A stretch of 32,140 nucleotides of DNA, taken from Asterionella formosa. Lineage: Eukaryota. Shown piece by piece: positions 20,974-32,062 of this stretch. Under the pieces are notes generated by a model that was given only the letters and a program-made list of their open reading frames with translations, was not told the DNA's origin and did no database searches. The stretch lies in assembly GCA_002256025.1 (NCBI GenBank), contig NKIB01000533.1:1-32140 (forward strand), read 5' to 3'. A program made the translations under genes and the position numbers. Each line of letters begins with the position of its first letter. Position 1 is the first letter of the stretch.

Positions 20974-22485
20974 ATGTTGTTCAAAGTTTCACAACAAGCG
21001 GCCATTGGAATTGCTTGCTGCTTCCTTTATCATACGACTAGAACCTCTGGATTTTTATCGAGATGTCAGAGGCCTCAGCGTTTCTTCATTCGCCCTCTCC
21101 AAGCTGGCAGCTTGTGGGATCCTTTTGATCGTCCTTCGTTTGACGTACCGCGACTGGAACTGTTGAAACGCATCGATGCAATGTTGGGTGAAACTACGGA
21201 GAAGCAGCTAATCTTCGAGCAAGTGGACAGTGATCACGCCAAGGATGCTCAAGCATGCGAAGAACTCAACCACGGCATCGACGATCTCGAATCAACTAAC
21301 GAATCTGCCAACATTCACGTCGAATGGATTGTAGAAGACGATTCAGGAAGACAACTTGCACTGCAGACGACAACAGAATCGCTTTTAAACGAATCATCTA
21401 TTCAGTTGTTGCGGATTGTAGCAACTGAACATTGGAGCCATACAAATCAGCAAACATCAAGATTTACGTATCAACGCAAAGGGAATATAGAAGCGCACTT
21501 GGACGATCTCTGTCGACGGAACGCAACATTGAAAAAGGTGATTCAAGAAATGTTGCATGAAAAAATTTACCCAATTGTTAAGGTTCACTTTCTAAAAGAT
21601 GGTGATCTTGTACCTTGTGTCTATGATTCTCTTTTTATCCGCTACAACGCGACTGCGTCAGAAACACAACTTGGTGCCGGTCAGCCCTTGCATCGAGATC
21701 TTGGTTTAGTATCAGTGAACATTATGCTCAACTCAGATTTTCAAGGAGGGGGGACATTGTTTGAAGATCAACTCAGCAGCGATATTATCGTCCCTCTGAA
21801 ACCACTTGGAAGTGGGCATGCCCTCCTCCACTTTTCGCACCACCGGCACGCAGGTGCTGGAACAACTGACGGTGTACGGGATATCTTAGTGCTCTTCTTG
21901 ACTGCCACCCATTATAGTGGCCATGCTCCATCCCGCGATCGAGCTGCCAGAATCAAAACAATGGCATCAAAAGTTGTGGACCCCCTTGAGAAAGCAGTGC
22001 TCTATCGCTTGGTTCTGGACCAAGTAGTCGATGATGGGGAAGCATGGCACTATTTAGGCATGGCGTTGCACTCTTTTTCTTACCAGTTGGCATCTGCCTC
22101 AAAGCTCGCAGCTGCAGCTTTGTGGGAAGCCAGCAAATTGAATTCTAATGACGCTCGTGTATTCAACAATCTGGGATTAGTTTTAGAGCGACAGAGTGCT
22201 CTGGTGGACTATGATTTGGCGAAAATTGAACAGCTGTATGAAAAAAGTCTCAAGCTTCATGAGCTATCGAAACATGCTGGTTGTGATGTGGAACAAGATA
22301 TGGATGCCACTGCATTGAACTATGGACTCTTGGTTGCTAACCAAGATCGATTTGAGGACGCCATTGTCATTCTGTCCCACATAAGTGTGCCTAAACCGGG
22401 TGACATTGGCAGAGTTAAGCATGATGCCTACATGCTTCGAGAATTCTGCCAAAGACAAGTTGTCACTTTGGCTGATGCTTCGTGA
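20974..22485 (+). CDS. 2-oxoglutarate/Fe(II)-dependent dioxygenase (prolyl/lysyl-hydroxylase-like) with C-terminal TPR repeats; probable signal/plastid presequence
   Basis: FIRY...PLHRD..LVSVNIMLNSDFQGGGTLF...RHAG...TDGVRDILVLF gives HxD...H...R. TPR-like motifs DGEAWHYLGMAL, DARVFNNLGLVL, ALNYGLLVANQDRFEDA. Hydrophobic N-terminus followed by TSG-FLSR. Confidence 0.88.
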   Translation: MLFKVSQQAAIGIACCFLYHTTRTSGFLSRCQRPQRFFIRPLQAGSLWDPFDRPSFDVPRLELLKRIDAMLGETTEKQLIFEQVDSDHAKDAQACEELNHGIDDLESTNESANIHVEWIVEDDSGRQLALQTTTESLLNESSIQLLRIVATEHWSHTNQQTSRFTYQRKGNIEAHLDDLCRRNATLKKVIQEMLHEKIYPIVKVHFLKDGDLVPCVYDSLFIRYNATASETQLGAGQPLHRDLGLVSVNIMLNSDFQGGGTLFEDQLSSDIIVPLKPLGSGHALLHFSHHRHAGAGTTDGVRDILVLFLTATHYSGHAPSRDRAARIKTMASKVVDPLEKAVLYRLVLDQVVDDGEAWHYLGMALHSFSYQLASASKLAAAALWEASKLNSNDARVFNNLGLVLERQSALVDYDLAKIEQLYEKSLKLHELSKHAGCDVEQDMDATALNYGLLVANQDRFEDAIVILSHISVPKPGDIGRVKHDAYMLREFCQRQVVTLADAS

Positions 22486-23063
22486 AAAATCAATCTCTAA
22501 TCTTTGACTAATAGTCAAGAATAATCTCCCCAATGCATGTTTGACAGGAAATCAACACTTTGGGTATGGATTTTTCCCATTTCTTGTATTAGAACTGCTG
22601 CTGTCGCAATGTTCTACAACTTTTCTGACCTAAATAAGCAGATCAGGCAATTATCTGTGTCAAGGAAAAAAGTTGGCGCTTTTTTGTTTGGCATGTCCTC
22701 ACCTGGTTGTCCACAAATTGAATTCCGGTCAGAATGGATTGCAGTGCAAAGAAAAAAGCACATATTTCATGAGCACCTTATTATTCCTATCAAAATACAA
22801 GCCATAACAGGCATAGCCATGCTCAGCTTGATTGATTCATTTGAATTTCAAACCAATGTCTTTACATGAAATTAAGTAATTGACTGTACCTTTGTAGTGT
22901 TAAAGTGCTTATTGTCAAGAAATTTTATAGCGCATCATTACTGGTCTATTTGTCAGCATTGCGCTCCGTTGCCCATGTAAGGCGGGGCAGTGGACATTGG
23001 TTGTCATTTCCTCATATGAGAGTAGGCAAAATAAGAAATTTGTGGAATCCTGTTCAAGGCACC

Positions 23064-23560
23064 CATTTTTGTCAAGCTCCTTGAATTTCTGGCTGTCTCT
23101 TGTGATTCTTTCATGTGTTTGTGGCTTGATTCATACAATTTCTTTATTGTGTAGCGCCAAGCGCTGGTGCAGACCTGATTCTGAAGCCAGGATATCAACA
23201 AATGCTCTCTTCAATTAAATATTGTATCTTCTTGTTTGATTCCTGTCATTTTTGTCCAAGCTCTTTGAGTTTCTGTTTGTTTCTTGGGATTCTTTCGTCT
23301 GTTTGTTGTACTTAAATGGTGTAGACCTGATTCTGAAGCCAGCCAGGATATCAACAAATGGTCCCTTCAAATGAATATTGCATCTTGTTTCATTCCAGTC
23401 ATTTTTGTCAAGCTCCTTGAGTTTCTTTTTGTTTTTGTGATTTTTTCACCTCTTAGTTTGTGCTATTGTTATTTTGTAGCATCATTCGCCCCTGGTGCAG
23501 AATCGATTCCAATGCCAGATCATTGACAAATGCATTCTTCCATTGAATATTGCATCTTGC
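23064..23560. repeat. Three diverged tandem units of ~150-185 bp
   Basis: Anchor CATTTTTGTC(C)AAGCTC at 23064, 23247 and 23400. Anchor GGTG(C/T)AGA...GCCAG...ACAAATG...AATATTG at 23166, 23318 and 23494. Confidence 0.85.
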
Positions 23561-24543
23561 ACCACATGTGCAAAGAGGGGGTACAGGTATATGGGGGGAA
23601 ACGAGAAACCAGGTTTTACGGTACAATGAAGTTGAAACATACAGAGATTCCTGATTCCAGATCAGGTTATGAGAGTGTCAATATATTTTCGTCTCTAGTG
23701 ACCTGATAAGGAACATGTACCACAATCCACTAGATAATTGATTCAAGGACACATGGTTAAATATCGCGTGTAAAATGCCACAGTTGAGAGAGGAACTTTC
23801 AGGAGAAGTTCTCTCTAACCTTTTAAATGGACTCTAGAAGGCGATCAGACCTAGAGGCCAAATCAATAAATGATTGACTAGACAATTCCAGATATATCCG
23901 CAAAATCAAGGAACATTAAAGAAGCAAACTAGATATGATCTTACTATTATGATTAAAAGGATCATTATGAAAGCAGTCTTCGATCAAACAGCATCTGGCC
24001 TACTAAGTTGAGACAGGCCAAGATAAAGACAAATGTGTATTTATGAAGAGGATGTAGTTTATTCTCAGGTCAAGTTGGGAACACAAATGAACCTCGCCTC
24101 CAAAGATCACCTCTATTTTGAAACATGCAGTTGCTTGGAAGTTTCAAAATTATACATAAAAATTTACCCTTTTACATCAAGTTCCCTCTTTTATAAAAGC
24201 AACTTATTAGCAAACAAAGTACCGGTAAAACAAACAAATTGTGTAGAAACATTTTTTTAGCAACTTTTCCTGCGTTAGACCTACAGAATCGTAGGACTAT
24301 CTACCAACTGATGATGGGGATGCAAATATGTATAATAGCGAATATTTATGTATTGATAAAAATAATAAAGCTCATGAAATTGCCAAGAACATCGTCAGCC
24401 ATTTATATAAATATGAATCAAAAATTAAAGAAAAAGATATTTTGTTTTTTTCGCATTGCGTCCAAATAATTCGATTCTTCATGTTGGCAACGCACTTGGA
24501 GACTGCAGTGAAACCGTCCCGGCGCCCTTGTTGAAAGCTTCAT

Positions 24544-27500
24544 ATGACAATTCTTAAGAGACGTGATCAGTTTGATTCTGGCAAGAAGAAGACGAAGAAT
24601 TCCTCGCAAAGGCATGGCGAAAAGAATGGCAATCGCAACCAAAATGCTCGGATTTACCGCAGTGAGACAGCAGCATCTACTCAGCTGCAGCCGGACGTCA
24701 ACCATGGAGAGAAAAATATATCAATTGGATCAGGAGAGAAAAGACAAGGAAACATCGCCACTCATAAACGCAAGCAAATCAAATTTGTTTATCCGAGGAG
24801 ACAGCAAACGTACAATGGCCCACTCGAGTTTCTCTTTAGCGGCGCGATGCAGAATGCTGATACAGACATACACGACAAGGATAAAGATCATGTGAGCCAA
24901 AATTATCTGGAATTATCAAATTCTGCTATGCCGAGGAGGAAAGAAAGCTTGGAAGACATACTTTATCCAAACAGGATAAAACTACATGAATCTCACAAGG
25001 TCTCAGACATTAGTCACATTACAACCCCCCTAAAGGCAACCGGAACAAGTATCAAAAGAGACATGAAAATTCCACCGAAAGAAGAATCACGTGACAAAGG
25101 AAGCAACCGTAAACGATCTAACCTGGAAGATTTTGCAATGTCAGAAACACCACCGCCTGCCTTCTCTGGGTTTTCCGTGGAAGATGCAATCAAGGATAGT
25201 GCTGGTTGTCGACCAAGGGCGAATTCTACGGATGGTGAGCTGAACTTGCCTCAACGGGGTTTGTGTGACGAGCGAATGATTCTGGCAGCTCATAAATGGG
25301 GCACGTCGTGGAAATCTTCTAACCCTAGAGGTTTTGTCAATCTTGGGAACACTTGCTTCCTCAATGCCACACTTCAGTGCCTGGTATATCTTCCTACATT
25401 TTGCCAATCCCTAGACGCAATGAAGCTACCAATGAAACAGAAACTATCAAGTGGTCAGAAATTTGCGTCCATTTTGCAAAGTTTGGTGCGTCAAGGTCAT
25501 GGAATTGAGACATCGCCAAACTGTAACCAGTCGCCCTCAGGTGCCATTACACCTCGCACTATGGTCCATGCCATCCCCATGCTGGGCCAAATTGGATCCA
25601 AAAAAGGATACAAGTTTCGACCAGGACGTCAAGAAGACGCACATGAGTTCCTAATTCACTTGATTGACGCCATGCAGGATGGGGAGCTGAAAGCTGCCGG
25701 GATTGACCAAACAGCGAGAGGTTGGCGAGACTCGATGCCTATTCCCAGATTGGACGAAACGACATTTATTCATCGTATATTTGGGGGGTATTTCCGCTCC
25801 CAGGTGCGATGCTCAAAATGTAATTACCGAAGCAATACATATGATCCATTCCTCGATTTGTCCTTGGAAGTCAGCAAGACATCATGCAATAGTCTCCTAT
25901 CCGCGTTTTCGGAGTTCAGTAGAAAGGAACGTCTTGATAAACAAAATCAATGGAGATGCTCTGGTTGTAATAAACATGTGCGTGCGTCAAAGCAGCTCAC
26001 AGTTTTTAGGCCGCCTTTGTCACTATGTATTCAACTGAAACGATTCACCTACGGTGGTGGGGCATATGGCGGTTTTCACAAGAAGATGTCCTACATGAGC
26101 GGTGGAGGAGGTGGAAAGATTAATAAACCCATCGAATTCCCTTCTCAATTAGCACTACCCTTGAGCGACGGTCGTAACTGCGAATATAGCCTGACCGGAA
26201 TTGTTGTTCATGTGGGTGGAACCTCCAGTTCTGGTCACTACACTGCGTATGTGAGGAAGCCACAGAACCAAAGCACTCAATGGTACCACATGGACGACTC
26301 CTTTGTTGAAGCGGTCTCTGAAAAAACAGTCTTACGGCAGCGTGATGCATATGTTCTGTTTTACTGTAGGAATGAAGTCAAGTTGGAACTACCAACGCCA
26401 CCACCTCGATCAAATATGACCGCAGAGCAAGCAACAGCTCATGGTCAGGCAAGAGCTCGGGCTCGTGCAGAATCCATTTCGAAGGAAATAGAGTTTGAAA
26501 CCAAACCAAATGTGCAAAAAAGCGGCGAGGCTGTCTCTGTCGTCGGTTTTTCGACTCCAACCACAATTACGCCTTCTGAGACCAAGGCACGAGGAACTTT
26601 GCCCGACAAGCAAGGTGTGGGGCATCCAGTGGAGCCTTTCAAGAGCAAGGGGGAAATGTTGGAATCTTCTGCTGAGAGCAGTCATGATTCATCAGACAGC
26701 AGCGATGAATCAAGCGACAACGAAGATGACAAGGCATTTGCCAAGGCAACTGTAAAACCAGAAGGCAAGGTTCAAGTTGTTGTTGGACTGTCGACCGCAA
26801 CAGTTGCTGCCTTTTCTGTCGTCAAAACTTCCCCATTGGTTGTTGGCAAACATGAAAAGATAGTAGAGACCAGTTTACTTTCAAAGAGTAAATATCAAGG
26901 GCCCGATTCGTCGTGTAGTAGTGATGATTCAAGTGAAGCAGAAGAAGATCCAATAGAACCGGCGACAAAGGAAGAAACACCATCGTCGTCGTCGACGACG
27001 ACGAATTCGTCAAGTAACAGCACCGATGAAGGCTCAAACCTGGAATTCATGAAAAATGCAGGCGTTGTTGAGGGAAGTAGCGAGGAGTCGACGACCTCTG
27101 ACGAGGCTTCCATCAGCGGGGGCGAAGTAGTGATCAGTACATCCAGCACGACAGAGGCAAACTCTGGATTTGGCATGTCCGAGCCAAATCCTTTGTCAGT
27201 GGTCAAGGAGCGAAACCCTGCTCATGATGGGAAACCCAGTAAACCGATTGTAACGAGAAAATCGGAAATTAAAACCCGTGTAGTTTTTGACCGCGGGTCT
27301 ACACATGGTAAGTTGGAGGTCATGATGGGACCCCGTTTCAAGACTAAGAAAGCATGGAAACCGAAAGCATCTATAGGCGGGAACAAAGACGATAAACATG
27401 ACTTGCTTGGAACAATTCAAGTTGGGAAATGGGACGAGGACGAGGTTCCCGTTGCACAAGTAGACCGCACCAAAGTTGTTAAAACCCTAGCTAAGATGGA

Positions 27501-27807
27501 GACAGATAGAAAGAGAACGATGCACCTGGATCGATGGGATGCAATCCTTGATCATGGCAAGCAAAAGAAAGTGAAAAACCTAGAGGATTTTGCTAGTCAG
27601 TTATCAAAGGAACCCAAGTTTAACCCGTTCAGTCGCATACAAAGCAGTATTCAGAGATTTAACAAAGGTCTGGCAAAGGGGGTATTCCGCTCTGAGAGTA
27701 CAGGCAATGGACGACCGGGAAACCCCAGTCGCTCTCCGAAGGGACGACATGGGCGAGCTGGAATTCCGAAGAATTCTCCGAAATTCAACAAAAGGAAACA
27801 CCATTAG
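24544..27807 (+). CDS. USP36: Ubiquitin carboxyl-terminal hydrolase, peptidase C19, USP36/USP42 (plant UBP23)-like
   Basis: Cys box GFVNLGNTCFLNATLQCL, GRQEDAHEFL, zinc-finger CxxC pairs, QLKRF, His box GIVVHVGGTSSSGHYTAYV, WYHMDDS. C-terminal DRWDAILDHGKQKKVK resembles the USP36 tail motif. Basic C-terminus. Confidence 0.93.
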   Translation: MTILKRRDQFDSGKKKTKNSSQRHGEKNGNRNQNARIYRSETAASTQLQPDVNHGEKNISIGSGEKRQGNIATHKRKQIKFVYPRRQQTYNGPLEFLFSGAMQNADTDIHDKDKDHVSQNYLELSNSAMPRRKESLEDILYPNRIKLHESHKVSDISHITTPLKATGTSIKRDMKIPPKEESRDKGSNRKRSNLEDFAMSETPPPAFSGFSVEDAIKDSAGCRPRANSTDGELNLPQRGLCDERMILAAHKWGTSWKSSNPRGFVNLGNTCFLNATLQCLVYLPTFCQSLDAMKLPMKQKLSSGQKFASILQSLVRQGHGIETSPNCNQSPSGAITPRTMVHAIPMLGQIGSKKGYKFRPGRQEDAHEFLIHLIDAMQDGELKAAGIDQTARGWRDSMPIPRLDETTFIHRIFGGYFRSQVRCSKCNYRSNTYDPFLDLSLEVSKTSCNSLLSAFSEFSRKERLDKQNQWRCSGCNKHVRASKQLTVFRPPLSLCIQLKRFTYGGGAYGGFHKKMSYMSGGGGGKINKPIEFPSQLALPLSDGRNCEYSLTGIVVHVGGTSSSGHYTAYVRKPQNQSTQWYHMDDSFVEAVSEKTVLRQRDAYVLFYCRNEVKLELPTPPPRSNMTAEQATAHGQARARARAESISKEIEFETKPNVQKSGEAVSVVGFSTPTTITPSETKARGTLPDKQGVGHPVEPFKSKGEMLESSAESSHDSSDSSDESSDNEDDKAFAKATVKPEGKVQVVVGLSTATVAAFSVVKTSPLVVGKHEKIVETSLLSKSKYQGPDSSCSSDDSSEAEEDPIEPATKEETPSSSSTTTNSSSNSTDEGSNLEFMKNAGVVEGSSEESTTSDEASISGGEVVISTSSTTEANSGFGMSEPNPLSVVKERNPAHDGKPSKPIVTRKSEIKTRVVFDRGSTHGKLEVMMGPRFKTKKAWKPKASIGGNKDDKHDLLGTIQVGKWDEDEVPVAQVDRTKVVKTLAKMETDRKRTMHLDRWDAILDHGKQKKVKNLEDFASQLSKEPKFNPFSRIQSSIQRFNKGLAKGVFRSESTGNGRPGNPSRSPKGRHGRAGIPKNSPKFNKRKHH

Positions 27808-27988
27808 AAATAATGATTGACAAAATAATTCCTCGCGACCTGACGATTTTCGCATCCTGTTTTGGTCCCCTTGTTGTCAGCCTACGTAGACTTTAGCTTA
27901 TGAAATAGTAAATACCGGTAGTCTCATTCAGATGGCTACAGAAGCCGTAGTTGTCATTTTGATATCACCATTCGTAGTTCGTTTGTCA

Positions 27989-28402
27989 CTACGAGACTTC
28001 ACCTTTCTCTTGGTTTGGTGAGTTGTAATTCTCGGCATCGCGTTTGGCTTGTCCGACCACTCGTCCTTTCGCATCCCAAATTTCTCTTGCTTCGTCCCAG
28101 GTTGGAATTTGGTCGGTTTCATATCCATACACCTTGCCTGTGGCTATCTGATCAAAGACTTTCATGGCATCTGCATGTGATCCCTGTCGAAGATATTGAA
28201 TCATATCCTTGCGAGATTCCCAAACTGTCAAGGTGTGATGTACGCGACCAATTTGTTTAGTGGCGGTGGAAATATTTCCAGGAGCTGATTCGGCTTGAGA
28301 AAAGGATCGTACGGCGTGATACATAAATGTAGGATAATGCCAAAACGCCTTGAGTTCCAAACCTGTGATACTCACGTACATCAATCGTCGGGGGTTCACC
28401 AT
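27989..28402 (-). CDS. Small DUF3291/ABM-like dimeric alpha-beta-barrel protein (137 aa)
   Basis: Pattern MYVSITGL.LK...F..HA..S..QA..APGN...HHTLTVWES..DM..Y...G.H..AM...PTW.EA, recalled as typical of DUF3291-type proteins. Intronless with an ATG start. Confidence 0.7.
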   Translation of the reverse strand: MVNPRRLMYVSITGLELKAFWHYPTFMYHAVRSFSQAESAPGNISTATKQIGRVHHTLTVWESRKDMIQYLRQGSHADAMKVFDQIATGKVYGYETDQIPTWDEAREIWDAKGRVVGQAKRDAENYNSPNQEKGEVS

Positions 28403-29728
28403 TTCTACACAGACTTCGTTAGCGTGAGCGAGTAAGTGTGCCGTGGTACCAGGGTCTTGTTTTGTTTGCTTCTCGTCTTTTTTCTTCCTCAGGATGGATG
28501 GTACGATACCGGGTATGTCTCTGTCACACGGATTGATGATGATATTATTTTAGGCGAGGCGCAAAAAGGAAATTATGAGCGGGCCAAGAATATTGTCGGT
28601 AAAAATATTTTTTAGTCATACCTTTAAAACAATACAAATAGGTGTCTACTAGCCTACCGGTAGGACAGTATGTACTATGAAAACCTCCGATGAGGGAATG
28701 TTAACGAAGGCCCAGGAACACTATAGAAGTTGTTCGTCAATATTCGCCAACCTTGTTGTATTCGTACCAGCAAGTTGCGTTCATTTTCTTGCTGAAATGG
28801 ACAACATGACGCAGGACAGGCACTCAAAACGACTACAGTACCGGTAAATAGAGAACATCATCAACTCTCCCTTTGAGTCGACAGTACACGACTTGTTAGT
28901 GACGTAAAAAATTGTTTCGTCTAAACACGGAAACGTCAAAACGAGGCAAATGGCTCAAAAAAGAAAATGACAATGACTGGGGCAATACAAAAGTGTCGAG
29001 CGCCGTTGTGAGTTTTCCGATTTTACATATTCGACTAAATCTAAATGAATATAAAAGCTAGAATGAAATTCGTTTCATAATAAAATAGCGAATAATATAT
29101 TCTACACAAAGGACAAATAATATCGTAGCTTCATGCATGTTAGAAAATCAACAATTTTCATTTGTTTCAGTGGTTGTAATGATGATGCTGGCAAAATATA
29201 TGATTATACACCGGTAAGATTCTTCCATCAGTGCATACATTCCGGTATTCATCTACTCCATACATTATTTGTGTGCTCGCCATAGGTACAACCGAATTCT
29301 GTTTGTTAATCATCAGGCAACACCATGATGCATAGTAGGTAGTAAACTACCGGTTATCTGTTTGCTGCCTTGTATCCTCAATGCTTGGGGAACAGGACAG
29401 AGCAACAGCACTCCAAGTGACATTGAGTTGCACAACCATTTTACCCAACACTGAGGTCAGTGTGTGCTGTATGTACCAGGTAGCTACAAACAACAAATTC
29501 TACACAAGAGTATATAAAAGAATGTGTGATGTCTAAATGAGAATAGCATCCTCATCAGGAAACAATACCAGTACCGTTAGTATATGTATGCATACTATTA
29601 CTGGCTGGTACTATGATGATGCAAGTCTCGCCAGAATAGTACATGGGTGTAATATGTATCATGGTGTATCCTGTTGGATTAAAAAATACACCATTCCTCC
29701 TTGTTACTACATTATTACTCTAGCATGT

Positions 29729-30640
29729 TCATAGACAAATGCTTTTCTTTCTTATGAAGGAGAAACACCAATGGCTGCAATCATAGCTGACTGGGGATGG
29801 TGGTGTGTATGAGCTGATGCTTACCAAATGTCTTATTTGGACAAAGTTTGATGCCATCTCATCAGGCCCTTTGAACCGATATTGTTTAAATGCAATTCCA
29901 TGAACCCAAGGTCTTTTCCAATTGTCATCAATATGGTCCATTCACATGCAACTTCTAAATTTTCTGGGGTAAAAATTAGGTTGCCCCAGGAAGTGTGCCT
30001 TCTTTGCCCAACATTCTATCCAGAATAATGGCATCACGATTTCCGGTGACACAGGCAATCGCATGGTGAGTCCACAAGTCCTACTCAGCTGCAATCAATG
30101 CTTACATGATGCCAAAACAGTGTATCACTTCATAATATCATCCCATTTGATCCTGGCGAAACCCATTAAAATGGATTTTCTAGTTGCATTGCACCCTCCT
30201 GAACATTATGTACATGTTCACTTCCCACTCTCCATAAAGCGTCATGGCTACTAGGTTGATTCTCCATTGGTGCTGACATATTGTAAGTGGAGCAAGTGAA
30301 CTAGTTTCTTGCTGATCTCATGGATTAAAATTCTTGAAATGCTGGTGTGATGCAATATCGAGCAGCTGACAAGATGGTTACTCAATTATTTCAAGAGGAT
30401 GCGTTATACAGGCCAAAAGTTCAGTATGTGCATTGATGGAGGAGAAGAAATGAAGTGTGCCAAATCATCATTTGAATCTTCGCTTTTCATCATCGGCTCA
30501 AAGGCAACTCCATTGCGGCCATGCTCATAGTCCTTCAGAGTGAATATTGACTTGATGCCAAGGTAAAGCTTCCAGGATAGATAGGGAACAGGAATACCGA
30601 GGTTTTCTTTCTTGGTTTGGCAAAGGATGACTAACAGAAT
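29729..30640 (-). pseudogene. Degenerate unidentified coding remnant, probably TE-associated
   Basis: Protein-like stretches broken by stops and frameshifts (KENLGIPVPYLSWKLYLGIKSIFTLKDYEHG; DLWTHHAIACVTGNRDAIILD; TPENLEVAC). CpG-poor. Confidence 0.35.
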
Positions 30641-31455
30641 AGAGGTTCTGTATTCAGCACTTCAGATGTTTCAGAGCAAAGGTTCCATTTTTAGTACTTT
30701 GAAGGCCACATAAGCCTCTTTCATCAGCACATTCATTCTTGACGGGTTTAGGAAAACAATTTTGTAGCTGTATCAGTGTGGTACAACAAGCAGTAGTGTA
30801 ATGAACGATGATTATGATAGGATGTGTGTTTTTGCTTGGTGCTGTGCTATGCTGAGCCTCGGCCCTGAAATAGCCCATACACACATGACACTTACGTAAT
30901 ATGCATCGAAGTGCATTAATATAGATTCCATCAGGGTTACGACTTTCTTTGTATAATGCGCGCAACGAGAAAATAACTACCAGGAAGAAACGGCCATTCG
31001 TCCGGTATTTCCCTCAAATGATCAAACTTCATTCCAAGTTCAACCTAGAAGTGCTAGGTATACCGTGTTAAATTATGAACAGGGAATGAGCTGAAGTTAA
31101 GAATACTTTGGCCGAAATACCGGCCAACTGTCCAAACATTTCTACGAAAATCAGCATAAGTGTCCAGTAGATGTCTGATGATGATCGTTCGAAAGACACA
31201 AAAATACTAAATAATTAAATTAGCTGATATTTGATCTAAGTGTCAAAATACATTGCCGGCTCAATAAGGTAATCTGATTTGACCCAAAGTTTTGCGACAG
31301 CTACCTTTCGACCTATTTATCTCAAGAACGGCCACAAAAGCTCAACTAATAAGTATGAACATTGCTCTTGCATACATGCATGCCAAGGAATTTTTTGTCT
31401 GAAACAGAATCAAGGTATCTCCAATATTTTTCCCAAAACGTGTGATTACCCTCTT

Positions 31456-31499
31456 TAAGGATGACTCTCAGTAAATAAGAAATAAGGATGACTCTCAGT
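31456..31499. repeat. 17-bp direct repeat TAAGGATGACTCTCAGT with a 10-bp spacer
   Basis: Exact copies at 31456-31472 and 31483-31499. Confidence 0.85.
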
Positions 31500-32020
31500 T
31501 TTTAGGTAGCACATGCAACAATGCCCATCGTCAAAATTTTCCACTTTATCGCCGGCTGGGTGCGTTGTTAAAGCTAAAAATCTTTTTTTGCTAGTTTCCC
31601 GGAGTTTTTTGATAAGGCTTGCCAAACAACCCATCAGTACTTTTTAAGACTAGTTCATAGTAATCATCTGTCAAAATTGATTTGACACCCCGAAAAATCA
31701 ATTAACACGACAAAGCTAGTGACTTTCAAACGACCATCCACTACAGATCTAAAAACAACCTTTAAAGGTAACATGGGTCTATTTGGATTCATTGGAGACT
31801 ATGTATGATTGTTATAATAAATGGTTTAGTTTGTCTATACAAATATAGGGACAGTATAGTGGAACCAGAATTTACTAGCTTCGTCGCGTATTTGCTAGCA
31901 AAGCTTACTACATCTAAGCCGCGAAATACGCCACTTTTCGAAATTTCGTCTACGTATGAGTGTTAATTATGTGGTACTTCACATGCATTAATGCCACTCT
32001 TCACGTAAAAAAGATTACTT

Positions 32021-32062
32021 TTAACGGTTTCATGTGAAGTTTTAACTGTTTCATGTGAAGTT
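32021..32062. repeat. 21-bp tandem duplication TTAAC(G/T)GTTTCATGTGAAGTT x2
   Basis: Copies at 32021-32041 and 32042-32062, one mismatch. Confidence 0.85.

Noticed and set aside
23064..23560. Repeated units as a CRISPR array
   Set aside because: Units are 150-185 bp and similar along most of their length, with no repeat-spacer structure.
23600..24460. Possible LINE remnant
   Set aside because: No RT or endonuclease motif could be reconstructed by eye.
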